A stretch of 64,000 nt of DNA from Macrostomum hystrix. Lineage: Eukaryota; Animalia; Platyhelminthes. This document shows positions 11,637 through 21,041 of this stretch, piece by piece (position 1 is the first letter of the stretch; each line of letters opens with the position of its first letter). The position numbers and the translations under genes are program-made. The notes beneath the pieces were generated by a model, which did not search any database, was not told the DNA's origin, and saw only the letters and a list, made by a program, of their open reading frames with translations. Location: NCBI GenBank assembly GCA_950097015.1, contig CATNEN010000039.1, positions 12,958,001 through 13,022,000 on the forward strand, written 5' to 3'.

Positions 11637-13135
11637 ATGTCCCATCCTCTGATACTCCAGTGAACTCTCATGTCCCATCCTCTGATACTCTAGTGAACTC
11701 TCATGTCCCATCCTCTGATACTCTAGTGAACTCTCATGTCCCATCAACGGACTACTCAAGTAGACTATCTACTAGTGGTCCTTGGTCCCATCCTCTGATA
11801 CTCCAGTGAACTCTCATGTCCCATCAACGGACTACTCAAGTAGACTATCTACTAGTGGTCCTTGGTCCCATCCTCTGATACTCCAGTTGTCGGAAATGCT
11901 TCCTCCAGAACTCCTTCTCGTCGTTTCCTTCGACTCTCCTCTTTTCTCTCTTGCTCACCAACTAGTTAATCAGTACGTTTCACTGCACTTTAATTGTTTC
12001 GCTTTCTATCGTCCTTTTAGCCCATAGACTACGCATCCTGCCCGCCCCTTGTTACTCAATCGTTGTCTATGTTTCTAATGCCTTTCTCGGTACAGTTCCC
12101 CTTTAGTTGCTTCTAGTGCGCACTAAGCCCACAAGAGCTTCGAACCAAATACATTCGATATACAAGTCAATTACAAGCAAAGAAGTTTTGTCCCAAGCGA
12201 CACCAGTGAACTCTCATGTCCCACCCTCTGAAACTCCAGTGAACTCTCATGTCCCATCCTCTGATACTCCAGTGAACTCTCATGTCCCATCCTCTGATAC
12301 TCCAGTGAACTCTCATGTCCCATCCTCTGATACTCTAGTGAACTCTCATGTCCCATCCTCTGATACTCTAGTGAACTCTCATGTCCCATCCTCTGATACT
12401 CCAGTGAACTCTCATGTCCCATCCTCTGAAACTCCAGTGAACTCTCATGTCCCACCCTCTGAAACTCCAGTGAACTCTCATGTCCCACCCTCTGAAACTC
12501 CAGTGAACTCTCATGTCCCATCCTCTGATACTCCAGTGAACTCTCATGTCCCATCCTCTGATACTCCAGTGAATTCTCATGTCCCATCCTCTGATACTCT
12601 AGTGAACTCTCATGTCCCATCCTCTGATACTCTAGTGAACTCTCATGTCCCATCCTCTGATACTCCAGTGAATTCTCATGTCCCATCCTCTGATACTCTA
12701 GTGAACTCTCATGTCCCATCCTCTGATACTCCAGTGAACTCTAATGTCCCATCCTCTGATACTCTAGTGAACCCTCATGTCCCATCCTCTGATACTCTAG
12801 TGAACTCTCATGTCCCATCCTCTGATACTCTAGTGAACTCTCATGTCCCATCCTCTGATACTCTAGTGAACTCTCATGTCCCATCCTCTGATACTCCAGT
12901 GAACTCTCATGTCCCATCCTCTGATACTCTAGTGAACCCTCATGTCCCATCCTCTGATACTCTAGTGAACTCTCATGTCCCATCCTCTGATACTCTAGTG
13001 AACTCTCATGTCCCATCCTCTGATACTCTAGTGAACTCTCATGTCCCATCCTCTGATACTCCAGTGAACTCTTATGTCCCATCCTCTGATACTCTAGTGA
13101 ACTCTCATGTCCCATCCTCTGATACTCCAGTGAAC
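11637..13135. repeat. 33-bp minisatellite (gtcccatcctctgatactcYagtgaactctcat), interrupted by a solo LTR
   Basis: Tandem units at 11637-11887 and 12203-13135. Confidence 0.97.
11888..12202. mobile_element. Solo LTR (315 bp)
   Basis: Termini TGTCG...CGACA (5-bp inverted). Direct 5-bp TSD CCAGT at 11883-11887 and 12203-12207, cutting one satellite unit. Confidence 0.85.
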
Positions 13136-13872
13136 AAAGTTCTACCACTTTAATAGATACACCAGGAAGTTACTTGGTCACTTCGCGCGAAAAATTACTG
13201 ACAAAATATATTTAAAAGAAAAAAGGGCATTGTTCGAAAAGCACATTTAAAATGAGAAAAATCTGAATAAAATCGTTGGTATCATAGTTTTATTTCACTG
13301 TACAATTTAAAAAAGGCTGAAAACAAAGTTGATTTCAACATAAGCGAAAAATTTCGTTGTAAAAGAGTTACTTTCCTCTCAAAAATGAGTCCAGAGTGCA
13401 ACATTCTGCAAGGCATGAATTAAAATATAAGAGCCCGAACTGATGATACGGGCAGTTTAGACCACCGTAATATCGTCAAAGCTGGAGCATGTACAACAAT
13501 ACGAGCTAGCAGCACCTCTATATGCTTGTTAGATACCAAAGTGTAAAATCGAATGTAACTCGAGAGTAAATCTCTTACATGTAGTTAACAACCTAAAAAA
13601 CAAGCAGGTAATATAGCTTGAATAAATGCCTTGTCCCAAACTTAACTAAAGGTCGAGAGTTCGAGTCTCATCGTAATGGAAAAAATCGTCTTTGAGCATG
13701 AAACATAATTCGTTAGTGCTTCAGTTTAGCTATTGGCAAAATAGGTACCAGATTGGGGTGGGAATTTGGTAGGGTGTCTAATTCGTCAGCGGACTGAACA
13801 GGATCGAGCAGACAGTGTAGGCTGTACATTCTCGTATATTCCTATTTTTCAAACATATTCGGAACGGGCAGC

Positions 13873-14283
13873 TTAACTGATCCTCCACGGATTCAGAAAG
13901 AAATAGACCATTATCCAAGCAGCATTGAAATGTACTAACAGCACAGAGATGATCCAGAAGCAATTCTTCCTGATTTTGTGTTTGCAGACATGCATACCAA
14001 GATGTAGACCCAGGACCCCACAAAATAATGCACAGGTTAATAGGGCACTTTCAGAAATGCGCCAAGCTTCGCTCTTGGCTCGCTTTCTGTCAAAGGCGGT
14101 CAGTATGAAGGTGGCAAATGTCATCAGGCTGAAGTAGGAGATAATGCATATAGCAGGTGACTCTGGCAACAGATCTGGAGCAAAGTATGCGGCCAAGAAA
14201 ACAACCAGGTACAGAGACGCACAGATTTTGAAAGCGATCGCAAACTGGCGACATGAACCCGGTCCCAATGAACGTATCGACAT
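13873..14283 (-). CDS. DUF1294 (YsdA-like) multi-pass membrane protein, copy 1
   Basis: TFILTAFDRKRAKSEAWRISESALLTCALFCGVLGLHLGMHVCKHKIRK fits the DUF1294 pattern F-x5-DKxxAxxxxWRIxExxL...GGxxG..M..RHKTxK. About 4 hydrophobic segments; uninterrupted ORF. Confidence 0.85.
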   Translation of the reverse strand: MSIRSLGPGSCRQFAIAFKICASLYLVVFLAAYFAPDLLPESPAICIISYFSLMTFATFILTAFDRKRAKSEAWRISESALLTCALFCGVLGLHLGMHVCKHKIRKNCFWIISVLLVHFNAAWIMVYFFLNPWRIS

Positions 14284-14360
14284 GTACTGCTTTGCGCCGG
14301 TGTCTGCAGCTCTGCAATAACAATTTGAAATAATTTATACTTGTCCTTCTTAAAGCGCTG

Positions 14361-14443
14361 CAGTCTGGGGATCCAGGATTGAGACGGTCCAGTCTGGGGA
14401 TCTGGGAGTGAGGCGGTCCAGTCTGGGGATCTGGGATTGAGGC
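14361..14443. repeat. Short 29-bp tandem repeat, about 3 copies
   Basis: cagtctggggatcYRggaKtgagRcggtc x3. Confidence 0.8.
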
Positions 14444-14634
14444 TATTTCTCACAGATGAGTGAAACACTGTCACACAGAAGACATTAATTAAAGCAAAGC
14501 TGAAACGCAATATTTCAAAGTTTTAAGACCGACAAGAGCAATAACTATGCATATGTAGTTTCTAAGTTTCTAAGCACTGTAATCTTTCAAGAGATTACTT
14601 GCTGTTATTCTAATAGTTATAATGTGAACAATAA

Positions 14635-14911
14635 TATTGGATTACACCTGCCCAATTGGGTCAGATGTGCAGCCGACAGCACAGCCGCAGCTATTGCGTG
14701 GTGCATCTGAAGGCTGCGTACGGCTGTTCAGTCCATGGACTAGTGGGACGCCACATCCACTCTCAATTACCCCAGCTAATGCTGGTACCCATTTAACAGC
14801 TGGGTGAACTGAAGCAATGCAGAGTCAAGTGTCTTGCTAAAGGATACAAATTGTCCTATTTGAGTAGGGAACCGTCAACCTTAAATTCGTGAGTTGACGG
14901 TTCAACCACTG
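14635..14911 (-). mobile_element. SINE family B (tRNA head, CORE-like central domain)
   Basis: Reverse complement contains agcaagacacttgactctgcattgcttcagttcacccagctgttaaatgggtacc, similar to the CORE-SINE domain. Copies at 15735, 26985 and a 3' fragment near 2660-2705. Confidence 0.8.
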
Positions 14912-15729
14912 TCTATAATATTTTTTACTAAAGATTTTAGCTCATCCTAAACAGAGTAAACCTGCATGCGTGCATAGTAAAAGTCAAAAACTGCCCCAAT
15001 CTTAACTTATATAGTTAAATTAAAGAAAAACAAGTTTCCTTATTTGAGTCATTTTTCTTTCCCCAATAAACTTATGAGCAGCACAGGTGCGCACAAGTTT
15101 TCCAAGTTGTTATTGTATTTTATAAGGCTAATTGGGCAAATGTTAATTTGATGGGCTGAATGTCAAATGAAAGAAGTGCGCTTTCATGAGTACTCTTGTG
15201 CACGGCCTTTAAAAACCGTGCATTTCTACTCTCCTGATATATATGAAGTGTTGCGTAATACTGCATTTTTGTGCCGGGATAGAGCAATTGGACAGAGAAA
15301 TTACTTAAGTACAGTGGCCATTCTCAACACCTACACGAACCTGTTCACGCACTTTTTTCTGCTCTGAAGAGGTTGGAGATAGAAAATGTTTCAAACTAAG
15401 TAAATATTTCGCATATTTTTGCTTCTGATTTAACACTGCACCCGTGGAGATTGAGCAGGGCATCGTTATTTTATCCCATCGCTACACAAGTCATGCCTTG
15501 TCACCCTCGTGTCTCACATTTCCTATACCATTCCGGCCTGTTGTCATCATTTGGAAAGTAGATAGAAATAAAGATAATGTAGACAGAAAGTACTTGTCTC
15601 GATTTATATAAACATGTACTCTGAGTTTTTTAAATATAAACTATTATATTTTGTGCAAATAGTTGACGAATGAATAGAAAAAATATTAAAAATGATTTGT
15701 AATGCGTTAAAAATTTTAATCATATTAAT

Positions 15730-15952
15730 AATGATTGATTACACCTGCCCCAATTGGGCCAGATGTGCAGCCGACAGCACAGCCGCAGCAATTGCGCAGC
15801 GCATCTGAAGGCTGCGTACAGCTGTTCAGTCCATGGACTGGGGGGACGCCACACCCACCTTCAATTATCCAGCTAATGCTGGTACCCTTTTAACAGCAGG
15901 GTGAACGGAAGCAATGCAGAGTTAAGTGTCTTGCTAAAGGGCACAAATTGGT
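15730..15952 (-). mobile_element. SINE family B copy (5' truncated)
   Basis: Closely collinear with 14638-14853. Confidence 0.8.
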
Positions 15953-16035
15953 TCCTTTAAAAATAGACACAGCTGAAATGTTTAACTAACGGAAGAAACT
16001 CACGCAGTGCTAATAGTTTCCCACTGAACATTAAA

Positions 16036-16422
16036 CTATAGCAGGAAAATTGGCACAAGTGGCCAAGCAGCATTCAAGGGCAGCAAAATTAGCGACCAAA
16101 TCTTAAACGAACACTTGCGCTCGCTGAGCTTGTGCCTGCAGATCAACATAGCTAACAAGAGACCTGCGATGCCGCAGAAGAAGGCGAAGGTTAACATTGC
16201 AATTTCAGCGACTCGCCAGCCATGCTCACCAGCTTGGAGCTTGTCGATGTAGCCCAAAATGAATGTCACCAATGTCATTAGGACGACATAGGCTACTAGT
16301 AGAACGGATACGGCCGTTTGAGACAAGCCGGCAAATTTTCCCGTTAAAATGACTGCAACATAAGCGGCGCTGCAAAATATAAAACTAACGAAGAATTGAC
16401 AGCGCGATCCTGGCTGGCACAT
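16036..16422 (-). CDS. DUF1294 (YsdA-like) membrane protein, copy 2
   Basis: First ATG at 16422 (the track started at TTG). TFILGYIDKLQAGEHGWRVAEIAMLTFAFFCGIAGLLLAMLICRHKL...NAAW. Confidence 0.85.
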   Translation of the reverse strand: MCQPGSRCQFFVSFIFCSAAYVAVILTGKFAGLSQTAVSVLLVAYVVLMTLVTFILGYIDKLQAGEHGWRVAEIAMLTFAFFCGIAGLLLAMLICRHKLSERKCSFKIWSLILLPLNAAWPLVPIFLL

Positions 16423-16575
16423 ACTCAAGCGGCGTTCTGAAATTATCAGAACAAGCTAATTGCATACCAAGCTACACCCGATCTTGCTTTCAACCATAAT
16501 TAACTATTGGATGAGAACATCGCCTAGAACTGGCCTAGTAAGACATACGTGCAAGGAAGACGTGAGTAACATGAA

Positions 16576-17456
16576 GGATCAGGTGTGTTTGACTTTGAAC
16601 TAACGGATCAGGTGTGTTTGACTTTGAACTAACGGATCAGGTGTGTTTGACTTTGAACTAACGGATCAGGTGTGTTTGACTTTGAACTAACGGATCAGGT
16701 GTGTTTGACTTTGAACTAACGGATCAGGTGTGTTTGACTTTGAACTAACGGATCAGGTGTGTTTGACTTTGAACTAACGGATCAGGTGTGTTTGACTTTG
16801 AACTAACGGATCAGGTGTGTTTGACTTTGAACTAACGGATCAGGTGTGTTTGACTTTGAACTAACGGATCAGGTGTGTTTGACTTTGAACTAACGGATCA
16901 GGTGTGTTTGACTTTGAACTAACGGATCAGGTGTGTTTGACTTTGAACTAACGGATCAGGTGTGTTTGACTTTGAACTAACGGATCAGGTGTGTTTGACT
17001 TTGAACTAACGGATCAGGTGTGTTTGACTTTGAACTAACGGATCAGGTGTTTGACTTTAAACTAACGGATCAGGTGTGTTTGACTTTGAACTAACGGATC
17101 AGGTGAGTTTGACTTTGAACTAACGGATCAGGTGAGTTTGACTTTGAACTAACGGATCAGGCGTGTTTGACTTTGAACTAACGGATCAGGCGTGTTTGAC
17201 TTTGAACTAACGGATCAGGTGTGTTTGACTTTGAACTAACGGATCAGGTGTGTTTGACTTTGAACTAACGGATCAGGTGAGTTTGACTTTGAACTAACGG
17301 ATCAGGTGTGTTTGACTTTGAACTAACGGATCAGGCGAGTTTGACTTTGAACTAACGGATCAGGCGAGTTTGACTTTGAACTAACGGATCAGGTGTGTTT
17401 GACTTTGAACTAACGGATCAGGCGAGTTTGACTTTGAACTAACGGATCAGGTGAGT
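16576..17456. repeat. 29-bp minisatellite (ggatcaggtgtgtttgactttgaactaac), about 30 copies; one detached unit at 17693-17730
   Basis: Direct tandem units with period 29. Confidence 0.97.
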
Positions 17457-18459
17457 TTTTATCCAGATATTTTACAAAGATATTTTTGTCCCAGATAGCC
17501 CTTTCGCATACTACTAATAGATTTTTAAATGCGCTTTTTTAATAGGCCACAATGGGATAGCTTAAAAAGTTCACTCGAACAAAAACGAAATTGAATCTCA
17601 ATATTAAGCAAATTATGTGTTTATAACTTGATTACTCGTTTAATGCATTAGCTAGTAGCATAATAATTGCAGGAGGGCTGCGGGCAATGGCTAGGTGTGT
17701 TTGACTTTGAACTAACGGATCAGGCGAGTGAGACTCTGACATGAAAGATCAGCTAGGTAAATTTTTTCGGGTGCCTAAGTAGTCTACAAAACCTTTGTAA
17801 GAATAATGTTGAACAGATATTATATATTTAAAATTAATACGGCTCATAATAAATAAACAACCGAGTAAAAAAACGTTTTTTGTTTTACACTGGATACTGT
17901 GAACTGCAAAATAAAAAAGGCAACAAATAACAATAAGCATGTACACTTCGAAGATTAAAAAAAAACAAAAAAAACTTTTTTTTGAACCGTGGTGCGAGAG
18001 GCAAACAGGTTAACCGCTATGCCACCTACCCCCCCTAGCTAGAAGCATAGCAAATATTGATACGCTGTTTCGGATTTGTTTGTAATTGTATATTGCCGAT
18101 GAAATACTTGGTCCAGTTGCTTATATACTGTATACAGCATATAAAGTTATGTAATAGGCCTCTAAAACATAAAGTTGTGCAAGTTAAAATTACACGAGAA
18201 AGATAATTTGTTTAAAGCGAAAGCGATTTGTTTAAATTGTCGAACAGTAAAAAATATTTTCTAACATGTTTGTTAAAATAGGCGCGAACCAAAATATATA
18301 TTTTGTAATAAAATGTTGTTAAACAATTGCAAATAAAACATTATATAAGCAGCAATTTTGGAGAGGAATTCATCGTGTGCCTTCGGGACAACTTTCCATA
18401 CAAACAAGCACACATCCTAAATCTTTTGAAAATTAGTTGTTTTGAAACTATACCTGAAG

Positions 18460-18776
18460 CAGAATATTCAGAGAAGGGAAAGACTTGCATGAACAGGAGT
18501 GTTCAGAATATTCAGAGAAGGGAAAGACTTGCATGAACAGGAGTGTTCAGAATATTCAGAGAAGGGAAAGACTTGCATGAACAGGAGTGTTCAGAATATT
18601 CAGAGAAGGGAAAGACTTGCATGAACAGGAGTGTTCAGAATATTCAGAGAAGGGAAAGACTTGCATGAACAGGAGTGTTCAGAATATTCAGAGAAGGGAA
18701 AGACTTGCATGAACAGGAGTGTTCAGAATATTCAGAGAAGGGAAAGACTTGCATGAACAGGAGTGTTCAGAATATT
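18460..18776. repeat. 44-bp minisatellite, about 7 copies
   Basis: agaatattcagagaagggaaagacttgcatgaacaggagtgttc repeated identically. Confidence 0.96.
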
Positions 18777-18946
18777 TAGAGGACAACGAAAGTAATACCC
18801 GAATTTCGGAGTTTATCCATAGGTACTCAAAGGCCTATTGCTGTGACCCTCTAATCCACAGGTACACCTGACGGATTAAGTGCATAACCGGTGCTAAAAG
18901 ACCTCTCAGGCCACGTAAACACGTACAAGAGAGAGAGAGGGAAACG

Positions 18947-19408
18947 CTACCCTAGAGAATTAATAACATCTGCGCCAATTAAATTGGTTATATTGGCCAC
19001 AGAGAACTGGCCAACTGGGCCAAATGGCACAGCTAGGAAGGCAATCAACAGCCAAGCGGCATTGATCGGCACTAAAAACAATGAGCAAGTCACAAAGCAA
19101 GCTTTCCTGACCTTGTGCCAGCAGAAAAGCATGGCAAGAAACAGGCCCAAAAAACCACAGAAGAAGGTGCAGACCAGCAGAGCAGCTTCAGAAAGGCGCC
19201 AGCCACCCGCTTCCGCCTGTGACTTGTCAAAGGCAGTCAGAAGGAAGGTAATCAGCGTTTGGAAAATAAAATATGCGGCAAGAAGGGCAGTCAAAGAATC
19301 ATTTGAAAGGTTGCCAAATTTACCAACAAGAGCAACAGCTAAAAATATAACAAAAAATGGGATGAAGACCAACAGGAACTGGCAGCACTTTCCTAGTTTC
19401 CGTGACAT
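18947..19408 (-). CDS. DUF1294 (YsdA-like) membrane protein, copy 3
   Basis: TFLLTAFDKSQAEAGGWRLSEAALLVCTFFCGFLGLFLAMLFCWHKVRKACF...NAAW. Probable 5'UTR intron 19572-19426 on the minus strand (ctg|gtaagt ... ctttcag). Confidence 0.87.
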   Translation of the reverse strand: MSRKLGKCCQFLLVFIPFFVIFLAVALVGKFGNLSNDSLTALLAAYFIFQTLITFLLTAFDKSQAEAGGWRLSEAALLVCTFFCGFLGLFLAMLFCWHKVRKACFVTCSLFLVPINAAWLLIAFLAVPFGPVGQFSVANITNLIGADVINSLG

Positions 19409-21041
19409 ATTGGCTGCAAAATGAGCTGAAAGTAAGAATTAAAAATGTAATAATGATACTGAAAATGTGAGACATTGTTGGCTAATGTATCTAAGTTAAA
19501 AAATGGTTGATACTTAACCAGTTAATATAGTTAAATAGGATAGGCCTATAGGATATAAATAGGTTAACTTACCAGTATAAATTAAACTTCATTTTAAAAT
19601 GTTCTTTAAACTCTTCTAGATTATAAATTTGAACATTGTTTTTACAAAATCGAAAAAAATATAGAATTCTGAATAGACTAGCTATAGTATATTAAAAAAA
19701 TTGGTAGCATCATTAAAGATTAAGCAAATATGTTCTTAAAAAGCACTACTCATGGCTTTAATTATGTTACTTAAGCTAAAAAACAACTTTGATTTTACTT
19801 AGGAAATTTGAGCTAATTTACTTGTCTTAAAAAGGTTAGATTGGCATGCAGTAATTACCTTAATATCTAACCCAAGGGCTCAATAATTACTTCCCCTGAT
19901 AGTGATAGTGGAAGATAGTGAAATTTCTTCAAATGACAAAAAGAGCCCTAGAATGAAACTTAAGATAGACTTTAACTGTTTCTAAACAGTTCATTCGAGG
20001 CATTCTATTTTTGTCTAGCTATGCATTTGCTACTTTGTTGATAGCCATTCCTATTTTGTTATTCACATATAAATAGAAAGGTTATTTGAGACTGTTGTAA
20101 TTTATTTTGTACAGTAGTGGTAGACTCAAATTAAAAGTAGATAATAAAAGCTGCTTACTCAAGACACAAACGGTTTCTAGGATATTTAAAAATGTAACTT
20201 AATTAATTAAGTATTTTGTAGCTAAGAAGTTGCTAAAAGAGCATTGAATCAATTACTTTTACTCCTTATTTGTCACAGGATTATTGCCACAGCAAAATTA
20301 GCTGTCAAAACCCATATACGGGCATATTCCAGTTCTTGCTCCCGGCAACAGCTACACATATTAGCTATAGTTTAAAAAAGTAGTAGTGGTAGTAGATTAT
20401 TTGGCTCTGGCGAAACGCCAGTTATGCAAAAAAAGAATGCAAATTTATTATGTCGTAAAGTTTAGCGAAGCTAATTCATAACCAAGTGATAAAAAATAAC
20501 GAAATAACGAAGGAAAGAAAATAAATTAAAGCATATATATAAGCGAAAAAGCGAAAACCGAAAAGTGGTTTGAAAAGATGTCGCTGCAGTGCTAGGGTAG
20601 ATTGTTAAAAGCTTTCCACAAACCTTAAATAATGTAGATCAATTCTACAGCAATATTGTTACACGCAAGTATATAATTGCATGAGTAAAAACAACTATAA
20701 GGTGACGGTGTTATACCTTCAAAAACCCGGAAAATAAAATAATACAATTTAGAGCAGAATTTCCATCTCTGTAGTCTAACTATACTAGATCATTCAGATT
20801 TTGTTAATTGGCTATTTAATGAGCTTGTGATAATTCGAACCTTTGCTTCAAATTCATTCGAAAATACAATTAACTATCTTTCTTTGAAAGTAGCAAGGAC
20901 GCATACGATGACGAAAAGTTTATTTAATATTTTATAGCTTTTTCTCGGCTTGGCTGGTCCCTACTACGAATGACATAATCTAAGTATTAATAGACTACAG
21001 TTGAGCAAAGTTATATTACATTTAAGGTCTTCTTTTTTGCA

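Noticed and set aside
12107-13153. Mucin-like 348-aa ORF
   Set aside because: Translation of a 33-bp satellite starting at TTG inside a solo LTR; no signal peptide or splice support.
13605-13680. tRNA gene (ggtcgagagttcgagtctc T-arm-like)
   Set aside because: No acceptor stem or D arm; at most a decayed SINE head.
16576-17456. CRISPR-like 29-bp repeat array (also the 25-33 bp arrays)
   Set aside because: Units are directly adjacent with no unique spacers, there are no cas genes, and the context is eukaryotic.
18891-19424. 177-aa plus-strand ORF and other antisense ORFs over real genes
   Set aside because: Shadows of the DUF1294, GPCR, RLC and transposase coding strands.
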